From IMG/VR virus record IMGVR_UViG_3300037440_000524, positions 1 to 54,209 of that record: DNA of 54,209 bases; one strand, written 5' to 3'. The notes under the pieces are model-generated. The model searched no databases. It had not been told where the DNA came from and worked only from the letters and a program-made list of their open reading frames with translations. The stretch is from a virus. Lineage: Duplodnaviria; Caudoviricetes. The position numbers and the translations under genes are program-made. Shown piece after piece: positions 44,937 to 52,614 of the stretch. Numbering within the stretch: the first letter of the stretch is position 1; each line of letters starts with the position of its first letter.

Positions 44937-45685
44937 GTCACTCTCCTGCCGTTCTCCCAAAGAACCGGGTCTTCTTCCTCGAGAGACAGTCCAGTCTGCT
45001 TCGGAGGCGCCCCGCCGCGAGCAAAGTCTGGCACCCGACGAAGCCACGTGTTGAATGCCAAGTTCCAGTCCACGTATCGCCTGCCGTTAGCGAGAGCACC
45101 CTCTCGGAACTTCTCAGCCTCAGCCGCCAGGCTCACCCCGAGCCCGGAAGCTAGCTGTATGTGCTTCTCGTTTGGCTTCCAGCCATCGGGTATGGCCGTC
45201 TTTCGCTTCTCGGTCGTCCGCTGTGTCGCGCCGTCGCCGGAAGGCGACACAGATCCTCTCTTCTCTTCTCCTCTCCTCTCCTCTCTTGCGTTGCATGCGT
45301 TGCCTGGCGTTGCATCCGTTGCATCGCGTTGCATTACGTTGCGGTTTCCTCGCCTCTTACGTGACCTTTCAGTTGACGTAAGCGGTGGTTTCCAATAGGA
45401 ATCCCACCCGCATATGGAGATCATGTCGTTGCTCTCGGTGAGGAGCCCTGCCTCGATCGCGCGCCTCAATCCCTCTTCGGCCTCGCTCTCTGGCATGTCG
45501 AGAATTCGAGCTAGGTATGCCGGAGCGAAAAACGCGCGCGACATGCAACCATCGTCGCGTTGCGCGCGTTGCATCGCGTTGCATCGCAGCGCGAAGAGGA
45601 AGATCTCGCGTCCTGCGCGTCCTGCCGCGATCACCTTCGGGTGGGTATCTAGATCAGCGGCGACCTTGCACCAAGATAAGCCCAT
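44933..45685 (-). CDS. Phage replication initiator protein
   Basis: W.K...L..HPKV N-terminus, low-complexity linker, IP.GWKP...AEKF...Y.DW..AF.TW; immediately upstream of dnaB. Confidence 0.8.
   Translation of the reverse strand: MGLSWCKVAADLDTHPKVIAAGRAGREIFLFALRCNAMQRAQRDDGCMSRAFFAPAYLARILDMPESEAEEGLRRAIEAGLLTESNDMISICGWDSYWKPPLTSTERSRKRRGNRNVMQRDATDATPGNACNAREERRGEEKRGSVSPSGDGATQRTTEKRKTAIPDGWKPNEKHIQLASGLGVSLAAEAEKFREGALANGRRYVDWNLAFNTWLRRVPDFARGGAPPKQTGLSLEEEDPVLWENGRRVT
45285..45590. repeat. Iteron-like CGTTGC(AT) repeats, candidate replication origin
   Basis: Six copies at about 45289-45343 and three at about 45558-45585, inside the initiator gene. Confidence 0.6.
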
Positions 45686-45687
45686 GG

Positions 45688-46206
45688 TTACTGCCCTACC
45701 CCCGTCCTGAACACGATCGACTCGACCGGCGGCCGCGCAGGCTTGCAGGATTCTCGCTCAGCCCTTAGTCGGCGTCTCCTCTCGGTCACGTAACGTACGA
45801 CGCAGCGCCGGCATGTCCGACTGCCGTCCTTGTTAATGCGCGTGTTCTTCGCGTCGAACGGATGGCCATGAGAGCAATGCGTCTTGCCCGCGTTTCGAGA
45901 GGGGATGGTTTCCCCTCGGAGAAGGTTCTCTCGCCGAGTAACAGGCTCTAGGTGTTTCGGGTTGCAGCACGATCTCACTCGGCACAGATGGTCCATATCC
46001 AGTCCTTCTTTGACTGTTTCGACCAGGGCCTCGTAGGCGAACCGATGGGCAGAGACACGTCTCCTGGTCCCGTCGGTAACGGAACCAACACGAAATTGTC
46101 CGTAGCCAGACGGGTAGAGTCCGGCTGTCCAGAGCCAGCATTCGGCTTCGGGATCTGGCTGGACCTTCGCCCAGAAGCGAGGTGGAAGTCGGGGGTCGCC
46201 GATCAT
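45688..46206 (-). CDS. HNH homing endonuclease (paralog of 14379-14888)
   Basis: RFWAKV..CWLW..GYG..AHR.AYE..MDHLCR..CCNP.HLEPVT..ENL; KTHCSHGH. Confidence 0.92.
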   Translation of the reverse strand: MIGDPRLPPRFWAKVQPDPEAECWLWTAGLYPSGYGQFRVGSVTDGTRRRVSAHRFAYEALVETVKEGLDMDHLCRVRSCCNPKHLEPVTRRENLLRGETIPSRNAGKTHCSHGHPFDAKNTRINKDGSRTCRRCVVRYVTERRRRLRAERESCKPARPPVESIVFRTGVGQ

Positions 46207-46742
46207 AGCCTCACCCTGCCGAACTGACTGAACTCCTCCTCGAACATTTGCACGGTTCCGACTCGTCTCCCCGGAAGGCAGGAAATGTAGTTCCCGTGCG
46301 TGGGAGACTTCCGGCCACCATCGATTGAGTCGAACGCGATCCGTCGCCGCGGAAAGCAGATCGGGAAGTCGAGCGGCGTCTCCTCGAAACGCTGGAGCGT
46401 CTGGAGCTGCTCGAGCGAGTACCCGATCCAGATCGCGGCGGTCACGTCACCGGCGCGCCAGTGCTCGGCGAGCTTGCACCAGAATTCGCGAACGAGACCT
46501 CCGGGCGGGTTGAGAAATACCGTCCCATACCAGTGCGCGTCGAGCCCGTTGTGCTCGGCCGTGAAGTAGCGCGCGGCCTGGATGCGCTCCTGGGCCAGGT
46601 CGCAGCTAGACGGATCCATCTCGATGTGGCCGCGGAGTACCGTGCGCGCGGCTTCGACGATCGGGACCGGGGTGAACCACTCGTGGCTCGCCTTCGATCG
46701 AAGGGCGGCGCCCGCGTGCGTCTTAGCCAGACTGGCAGTCAC
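46203..46742 (-). CDS. Phage N6-adenine DNA methyltransferase-like protein
   Basis: EWFTP, DPSS, NGL...W.G.VFLNPPG, R.RIAF. Confidence 0.78.
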   Translation of the reverse strand: MTASLAKTHAGAALRSKASHEWFTPVPIVEAARTVLRGHIEMDPSSCDLAQERIQAARYFTAEHNGLDAHWYGTVFLNPPGGLVREFWCKLAEHWRAGDVTAAIWIGYSLEQLQTLQRFEETPLDFPICFPRRRIAFDSIDGGRKSPTHGNYISCLPGRRVGTVQMFEEEFSQFGRVRL

Positions 46743-46846
46743 TTATCCACCTCCCCCGCAGATTGAATAACACGGTCTGGACAGCGAACCGCCCTTCGCC
46801 GGCGTCCCGGCATGGCGCGACCGCGACGCCATCTCGAGATTGTCAG

Positions 46847-46919
46847 AGCCCCCGGACGGACTCGAACCGCCAACATGCGCATTACAGGTGCGCTGCTCTA
46901 CCGATTGAGCTACGGGGGC
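46847..46919 (-). tRNA. tRNA-Thr(TGT), no encoded CCA
   Basis: GCCCCCG/CGGGGGC acceptor, GCTC/GAGC D stem, GCGCA-CCTGTAA-TGCGC anticodon arm, GGTTCGAGTCC T arm. Confidence 0.88.
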
Positions 46920-46924
46920 GGGCA

Positions 46925-47554
46925 TCACTGGTTTGACTCCTCCGTCGCATCTAGGAGCAGCGCCCCGAGCTGGCGCGCGTAGTCCCTGCCGAGGCGCAGG
47001 AGCTGCCTCACAGCCCGCTCAGGCTCGCTGGCGTCAACCTGCACCGTCCGGCGCCGGAACCCCGCCGTGATGGCTGCAGCGTGCGCTGAGAGCTCACCCG
47101 CGAGGACCTGCTCAGCTAGCTCGGGGTTGTCGCGGGCGAGACGGGCGGTGACGTAGTCGGAGTCGTTCTGGTGTTTAGAGCTGGTATTACCATCTCTATC
47201 CTTCGGCCTACCTCGTCCATGTTCGCCGTGCTTCCCCAGCGCCGCCGCGGCATGGAACCCGACTGCCTCCTCGGGCTTGAGCTTCTTCAGCCCTTCGACC
47301 GCCCAGCGGACCATGTCGGGATCGAGCTCGAGCCCTCGGCTGAGGTAGGCGTCAACTGTCTCGTAGCCGAAGTGTTCAAGCCACTCGGGCGTGGCTTCGT
47401 CGATGAACCGCAGGAGCTCTCGGCAGTCGTAAGGAATCTGGGTCCGAACGAACGACCGTCGCGCATCGGCGAGGAGCGCCCACTTTTCGCGTGGTACCTC
47501 GCCGATGCGATGACCCGATTCGATCGGTCCCGTGTCGATCCTCACCGCAGCCAC
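46925..47554 (-). CDS. Hypothetical DNA-binding-type protein
   Basis: C-terminal ARLARDNPELAEQVLAGELSAHAAAITAGFR motif of a kind seen in phage proteins. Confidence 0.7.
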   Translation of the reverse strand: MAAVRIDTGPIESGHRIGEVPREKWALLADARRSFVRTQIPYDCRELLRFIDEATPEWLEHFGYETVDAYLSRGLELDPDMVRWAVEGLKKLKPEEAVGFHAAAALGKHGEHGRGRPKDRDGNTSSKHQNDSDYVTARLARDNPELAEQVLAGELSAHAAAITAGFRRRTVQVDASEPERAVRQLLRLGRDYARQLGALLLDATEESNQ

Positions 47555-49377
47555 GCCGGAACTCCCTCCGTTCGGATCAGTTTCTCGAGCCCTTTGACCC
47601 AGCCGTACCTCTCGCGCAGCCCCTGCTCGTCCGCCTGGTCAACGCCACCACCGAATCGACGTTTGATCTGGGTGTTGATGCGTCGGATCATGTCTGCGAT
47701 AAGCGACTTCTCGAACCGCCCAGTTGACGACGTGCGAGCTGCGAGCGAGGAGACCTTCCCGACGGCAGAAGAGAGTTGCTGACGCAGTTGCGCCAAGCGC
47801 GACATCTCATCCATCCCGGCCGAACGCTCGCGAAGCTCAAGCCTCCGCAACTCGAGGGCCCGATCCCAGATTGGGTGGTTGGGGTCATCCATCACCGACA
47901 GGCTCATGCTCGCCGCCTTCGCGATCGCCTCTGCGCAACCTTTCACTTCTGGATCCCCCTTGTCGATTCGTTGCAGTTCACACTCGACGATGTAGACAGA
48001 CGGCTCATCGGGTAGCTCCGCCTCCTCTCGGGCTGTAGTCTCGTTCTCCTCCTCTTCGGGGGGCTCCGGGTTGTCTCTGTCCCGGTCGAAGACATCCATC
48101 ACGCGACGTCCTGACCACTCTGCGTATGGGGAGGCGCTGTCCACGTTGATGCAGGCGACCTGCATTTCCTCCGGCGCACCGGGGATGCGGCGAGCAGCGC
48201 GACCGTTCTCTTGGTCGTTCTGGTTGCTGATCGAGGCCGGGTTTAGGTGAATGACCTCGGAAACGAATACCGAATCGAGCCCTTCTCCGGCGATGCCGAC
48301 ATGGACCAGAACATCAAGCTTGATGTCGTCCGGGTGACGGCGCCCATCGGCACGCTTGGGCGGACAGAACGCCTTGAGGATGGCTGCGTTCTCCTGATCC
48401 GTCCGACCATGGGGGCCGGTTCCGACCCAGTCGATTCTCAGTCCGTCAGGCTTCCACCCGAACATTGACTGCACCTGCTCGCACACCATCTTGGCGTGCA
48501 AACACCCCATGGCACCAATGATCGCCTGCGCTGGCACCCCCCGGACTCTACGGTTGAGTAGGCGCTCGAGGGGCTTGGAGACTAGCGGCGAGATGTACTT
48601 CGGCGACCAACGCATCTTCCGCTCGGCGATGTACTTGTCCACCGCGTCTCCATCGCCGCCTGCCTCGCTGGTAATCTCGCCGGTCGTGAACGAGATGACC
48701 TCGCCGTTCACTGCGACCGCATCAACTCGATATTCGTAGGCGTGTAGCTCGAGCTGCTTGACGGCGTCTTCCTTCTCTGCCGCCGGACGGTACTTGACCC
48801 GTATCTCCGGCTGCCCGAAAGCGCTGTCATCGCCTTCGCGCCATGGCGTAGCAGACATCGCCAACGTGAACGTGCTGTTCAGTTCGAGGACGGCACGCCC
48901 CCACGCCCTCTCAATGCCGTAGTGGTGATACTCGTCCACCACGACCATCCACCGTCCGGTAGTCATCATCTCGCGAACAGCAGTTCCGACGCCTCCGTTT
49001 GAGACCGCCTGGATGGTGCAGGCGAAGACCTCCGCTCGATTCTGGCGGTGCTTCTTGAGCGCCAGGGCCTCGGAGTATCCAATGTTGAATGGAGACACCC
49101 CTGCGAGACCTGCATCGGCGAAGTCGCCGGCCCCATCAGCGGTGAACTGATTGAGCTGAGCACGGGTAGGGACGATGTAAAGCAGTCGGTTGACTGCCCC
49201 GGATTCTCGAAGGGCTGTATATGTCGCCGCCGCCGCCAGCGTCTTTCCGTAGCCGGTTGGAAGCTGGGCAGTTAGCAGACCGCCATTGCGATCCACAGCC
49301 GCCCTTACGACGCGCTCCTGCCCTTCGCGGAGTGTTTTTCGTCGTGGCACTGAATGCACATTGCTTGAAGGTTCCAT
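47542..49377 (-). CDS. Superfamily 2 (DExH) helicase-like protein
   Basis: LPTGYGKT, DEYHH, SAT, GEGLD, QENGRAAR; ATG at 49377 with SD AAGGAG. Confidence 0.88.
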   Translation of the reverse strand: MEPSSNVHSVPRRKTLREGQERVVRAAVDRNGGLLTAQLPTGYGKTLAAAATYTALRESGAVNRLLYIVPTRAQLNQFTADGAGDFADAGLAGVSPFNIGYSEALALKKHRQNRAEVFACTIQAVSNGGVGTAVREMMTTGRWMVVVDEYHHYGIERAWGRAVLELNSTFTLAMSATPWREGDDSAFGQPEIRVKYRPAAEKEDAVKQLELHAYEYRVDAVAVNGEVISFTTGEITSEAGGDGDAVDKYIAERKMRWSPKYISPLVSKPLERLLNRRVRGVPAQAIIGAMGCLHAKMVCEQVQSMFGWKPDGLRIDWVGTGPHGRTDQENAAILKAFCPPKRADGRRHPDDIKLDVLVHVGIAGEGLDSVFVSEVIHLNPASISNQNDQENGRAARRIPGAPEEMQVACINVDSASPYAEWSGRRVMDVFDRDRDNPEPPEEEENETTAREEAELPDEPSVYIVECELQRIDKGDPEVKGCAEAIAKAASMSLSVMDDPNHPIWDRALELRRLELRERSAGMDEMSRLAQLRQQLSSAVGKVSSLAARTSSTGRFEKSLIADMIRRINTQIKRRFGGGVDQADEQGLRERYGWVKGLEKLIRTEGVPAWLR

Positions 49378-49520
49378 GTCTCTGTCGCTCCTTGCTGGGA
49401 GTACGGGATGAGGTGATCCACCTCGAAGCGGTCCGGTAGATCCCGGCCGCAGATCGCGCACAGGCCGTCCTGTGCGGCCCACAAGAGAAGGCGTTGGTGC
49501 TTGCTGGCGCAGCGCCTCAC
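49305..49520 (-). CDS. Small HNH endonuclease
   Basis: QDGLCAICG..EVDHLIPYSQQG.T..NLQAMCIQCH.EK. Confidence 0.85.
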   Translation of the reverse strand: MRRCASKHQRLLLWAAQDGLCAICGRDLPDRFEVDHLIPYSQQGATETWNLQAMCIQCHDEKHSAKGRSAS

Positions 49521-49696
49521 CGCTTCCCCTTCGCCAAATGAAACCCGCCGCACCCGTACGAGCACGCGTACGCGTACATATCGACTCCGTACCTGGCGCT
49601 GTGCAGTCGCGCGTAGTGCTGCGCGGCGCTCTCGGTGCCGTAGCGGCTCTTCTCAGCGCAGCCCCGGGCGATGGAGTCGATGCGCTTGTCGGTCAC
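49517..49696 (-). CDS. Small hypothetical Zn-binding protein (not in ORF track)
   Basis: MTDKRIDSIARGCAEKSRYGTESAA...YACSYGCGGFHL; GTGA-coupled on both sides. Confidence 0.6.
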   Translation of the reverse strand: MTDKRIDSIARGCAEKSRYGTESAAQHYARLHSARYGVDMYAYACSYGCGGFHLAKGKR

Positions 49697-49866
49697 AGCC
49701 GACTCCGCTCGAGCTCGACGCGCCTGACCATTTCGTCAACGCAGAGGTTCTGCGCCCGGTTGATCTCCTTCGTGACTTGGCGCAGTTCGTCGTCGGTGAG
49801 CACCGACCAGTCCGCATCGCGCAGGTAGCCGGCGAAGCCGGTCACGCGCACGTACAGGTCGCTCAC
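49693..49866 (-). CDS. Hypothetical protein
   Basis: GTGA-coupled. Confidence 0.45.
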   Translation of the reverse strand: MSDLYVRVTGFAGYLRDADWSVLTDDELRQVTKEINRAQNLCVDEMVRRVELERSRL

Positions 49867-50021
49867 GGCCGCCACCCGGTCCCGAGCATCCCGATGCAGC
49901 GCCGCGCCGCTAGCCGCTCTTGTCGCCGGCGAGCGTAGCGGACGACGGTGAGAGTGACTACCGCAGGAACTACGAGCGGTGAGACCATGATCGAGAACCA
50001 GACCAAGATGAATTCGTTCAC
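49863..50021 (-). CDS. Small membrane protein
   Basis: Single TM followed by a basic tail; SD GGAGG. Confidence 0.45.
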   Translation of the reverse strand: MNEFILVWFSIMVSPLVVPAVVTLTVVRYARRRQERLAARRCIGMLGTGWRP

Positions 50022-50335
50022 CGCGACACCTCCATCTTCGGCAGCAGCCGGTACCGCCACAGCCCGCTCCCACCGGGGACGCGCTCGCGATCGACCTCAT
50101 GCCCGCCAAACTTCGCCTTGCGCAGGTCGCGCAGCCGCGCCGACACGCCCGCCTCGCTGCCGCCGCAGAACGTGGAGAGCTCTCGGAGCGTCCACCAGCC
50201 ACCGCTGGCGAGCGCGCGGCGGACGGCGGCTAGCTGGCCGCCGAGGCGGGGTCCGTCTAGGGCGGGGTCGTAGGTGGCGCCGTCGAACAGGGACTGCCGA
50301 AACCCTCGAACTTTCGCGTTGTTGTCCATTTGCAC
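50018..50335 (-). CDS. Winged HTH protein
   Basis: WWTLREL...GSEAGVSARLRDLRK..FG...V.R. Confidence 0.75.
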   Translation of the reverse strand: MQMDNNAKVRGFRQSLFDGATYDPALDGPRLGGQLAAVRRALASGGWWTLRELSTFCGGSEAGVSARLRDLRKAKFGGHEVDRERVPGGSGLWRYRLLPKMEVSR

Positions 50336-50352
50336 TTTCTTAAAACGAAAAA
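50334..50352. promoter_or_regulatory. Putative repressor operator
   Basis: ACTTTC-N7-GAAAAA. Confidence 0.6.
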
Positions 50353-50380
50353 ACCGCTTGCGCCCAGACGAGTGATCTCG

Positions 50381-50677
50381 TTACCGTACGTGCGTGCTCA
50401 CTCGCTTCGGCTTAGGCGGACCGGCAAATAGGGTCGCCAGATCGACGCCAGCCAGCCTGGCCAGCGCGACCCACTGCTCTAGCGAGGGGCGGATTCCGCC
50501 GTGCTCGTATCTGGAGAGCGTGGTGGGCGCGACGCCGAAGTACCTGGCCATCTCCTGCCCTTGGAGCCCCAGGTGCTTACGCCAGGCCTTGAGCAGCGAC
50601 CCGTATTCCTTCGGTGTGGGTGCTAGCCGTTTCCTTCTCACCCCACTCTTTGTATGGAAAAGAAAGTTGGCGGTCAA
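50381..50677 (-). CDS. XRE-family HTH regulator (Cro/CI-like)
   Basis: LKAWRKHLGL...MA..FGV..TTLSRYE.G.IRPS; start uncertain. Confidence 0.85.
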   Translation of the reverse strand: MTANFLFHTKSGVRRKRLAPTPKEYGSLLKAWRKHLGLQGQEMARYFGVAPTTLSRYEHGGIRPSLEQWVALARLAGVDLATLFAGPPKPKRVSTHVR

Positions 50678-50681
50678 TCAA

Positions 50682-50700
50682 TTTTTCAGCCTAAGAAAGG
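50682..50700. promoter_or_regulatory. Putative repressor operator in the divergent gap
   Basis: TTTTTC-N7-GAAAGG. Confidence 0.55.
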
Positions 50701-50707
50701 AAAGCTA

Positions 50708-51061
50708 ATGTATCCGGTGGTCTATATGGACAAAAATCCACGACCAAGAGGTGACCGTGTAGGGATCGCGCGTGAGCAGTGGCGCGTCTGGGCAAGTTCA
50801 GCGTTCGATTCCCTGCCAAGAGGCGCGAAGGCTCAGTGCGCGAAGGAGCTCGGATTTGGGCAGGGGGTGATCAATAAGGTGCTGGACGGCGAGACCGGCA
50901 CCAGTAGCAAGATCCCGATGATTACCCGGTGGCTCGAGGAGCAGGGGATCGAAAACCCCTTCCGCCGCGCAGACATGGTTCTCTCGGACTTGCTCAACGC
51001 GACCGACCAGAATGTGCTGTGGCGTTGGATCGAGCTCGGCGAAGACTTGATTAAAAAGTGA
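50708..51061 (+). CDS. Divergent HTH regulator (repressor-like)
   Basis: RGAKAQCAKELGFGQGVINKVLDG; divergent from the XRE gene; start uncertain. Confidence 0.7.
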   Translation: MYPVVYMDKNPRPRGDRVGIAREQWRVWASSAFDSLPRGAKAQCAKELGFGQGVINKVLDGETGTSSKIPMITRWLEEQGIENPFRRADMVLSDLLNATDQNVLWRWIELGEDLIKK

Positions 51062-51380
51062 CAAAAGTGAAACGCCTGTATGAGCCCTTACTGACCTTAC
51101 GTCTCCAGGCAGGCTAGGGTCCCCCTGCCCAGTGCTTTCCGGGCTAGGGGGGGTATTTCTTGAGAGGTAAGCCTTTGTTGCTGGTTAGCGGGTCTCGCGG
51201 CACGGGGGACGTGACAGGGGAGTGCGCCGTCCTCGCCGCCAGCTCCCTCCGGGAGCGGGTCCATAACATCGTCCTGCGGCTAGCCTCGGAGCCAAAGCTC
51301 CTGGAGGCATGGCTAAGGCAGGGAGAGATTTGGGTTTTGGACGACTGCCGAGAAAAGTTTCTCAAAAGCAGAAAAACAAG

Positions 51381-51416
51381 TTGACGGGGGTACCCATACT
51401 TTCGTAAAAAGAAAGT
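51381..51416 (+). promoter_or_regulatory. Putative early promoter with overlapping operator
   Basis: TTGACG at 51381; perfect ACTTTC-N7-GAAAGT at 51398-51416. Confidence 0.6.
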
Positions 51417-51584
51417 GTGGGAACCAAGAACCAAGACACCCTCCCCCAGCTAGCCGCCGCGCGGGCTAAGTACGGCGTCCGCCCGGACTGTCCGCCCCAT
51501 CTGTACCCATACAGGTACATGCGCCGGGCGCTGTCCATCGCTGTCTCCGCCGCCGGTAACGAGTGGCGCGGGGGTAGGCTGTGA
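51417..51584 (+). CDS. Hypothetical protein (55 aa; not in ORF track)
   Basis: GTG immediately after the operator; GTGA-coupled to the next ORF. Confidence 0.45.
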   Translation: MGTKNQDTLPQLAAARAKYGVRPDCPPHLYPYRYMRRALSIAVSAAGNEWRGGRL

Positions 51585-51733
51585 CCGGGCGTCGGGACCA
51601 GCTCCGCAGTGCCCGCCGAGGACGCTTCCGCGCCGTCCTATGGCAGCACCTACGTGAGCGAGCGCTCGCCCGGATCGGTAAGACGCGCTCGGCGAGGAAG
51701 CGGGCGCGCAAGCTACGAGAGGTGCAATCGTGA
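51581..51733 (+). CDS. Arg-rich small protein (not in ORF track)
   Basis: MTGRRDQLRSARRGRFRAVLWQHLRERAL...; GTGA-coupled on both sides. Confidence 0.45.
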   Translation: MTGRRDQLRSARRGRFRAVLWQHLRERALARIGKTRSARKRARKLREVQS

Positions 51734-52017
51734 CCTCCTCCCTAGTCTGCCTGTTCGGCCTGGCGCAGCGGGACCTCACTGGAGCCGGCGGCATTCTCGC
51801 CGACGAGGCGTCGGCTTGCCTGGTCCGCGCCGAGGAGTTCGCCTGGTCCGGCTGCTGGCTCAGTGCCGGCCGCGAGGTCTACCGAGCCGAGAGCTACGGC
51901 TACGACCTGCACGAGCTCTACGATGCAGTGAAGGCTGCTGAACTAGGTGACGAAAGAGCAGCTCGATGCTCTACGAATCGAGACCATTCCCACTCGGCGA
52001 CCGAGGAGATGTCGTGA
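51730..52017 (+). CDS. Hypothetical protein
   Basis: SD GAGG; coupled. Confidence 0.5.
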   Translation: MTSSLVCLFGLAQRDLTGAGGILADEASACLVRAEEFAWSGCWLSAGREVYRAESYGYDLHELYDAVKAAELGDERAARCSTNRDHSHSATEEMS

Positions 52018-52193
52018 TCGTACGCCGTCCATGGCCCCGTGACTGGGCCGCTCTCGAGCGCTCCCTAGAGGACGAATACGGCGAGTCCTATCGCGTGGTG
52101 CGCGACGGTGACCAGTTTTACGCCGACAAGGATCCCGAGGACGAAGAGACCGCCTCATATCTCGAAGGTCTCTATGACAGGAGGGCATCATGA
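51966..52193 (+). CDS. Hypothetical protein
   Basis: Coupled to the next ORF; start may be 52014. Confidence 0.45.
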   Translation: MLYESRPFPLGDRGDVVIVRRPWPRDWAALERSLEDEYGESYRVVRDGDQFYADKDPEDEETASYLEGLYDRRAS

Positions 52194-52384
52194 GGCACCT
52201 TGTCGAGCCACTGTTCGCCGAGGGGACAAATCCTGGGACGGACTTGGGCGAGCGCTGGGAGGAGGACACTCAGCCGTACGCACCGGACGAGCTACCGAGA
52301 TCGCCGGTCTCGCCCGCCATGGTCCACCGCATCGAGTCGGAAGCAAGCGCGTGGATCGCCGAGTACCGAGAGGCGAGACGATGA
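52190..52384 (+). CDS. Hypothetical protein
   Basis: SD AGGAGG; ATGA-coupled. Confidence 0.5.
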   Translation: MRHLVEPLFAEGTNPGTDLGERWEEDTQPYAPDELPRSPVSPAMVHRIESEASAWIAEYREARR

Positions 52385-52614
52385 GCCACCCCGACTACAC
52401 CGCCTCAGTACTCGACATCCTGGTGTGGCTCATCGTCCTATTTGCGCTCCTGGCAGCCGGCACCGGCTGCTCCACCACGGCCACGGTCACACCGCCGCGG
52501 CCAGTCGTGATCGAGGTGACTTGCACGTGCGCTGAACAGGCGGAGACCGAGACGGCGCAGGAGCAGCCGCAGGAGCCGGTGGTGTCTCTGATTGCTACGA
52601 GGAGGACCCGATGA
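52381..52614 (+). CDS. Putative lipoprotein
   Basis: ILVWLIVLFALLAAGTGC lipobox-like. Confidence 0.55.
   Translation: MSHPDYTASVLDILVWLIVLFALLAAGTGCSTTATVTPPRPVVIEVTCTCAEQAETETAQEQPQEPVVSLIATRRTR

Noticed and set aside
45685-46225. Terminal duplication around the HNH at 45688-46206
   Set aside because: Only weak similarity between the ends (FGRVRL versus FRTGVGQ); not convincing
46743-46928. 61-aa ORF
   Set aside because: It is a translation of the tRNA-Thr gene
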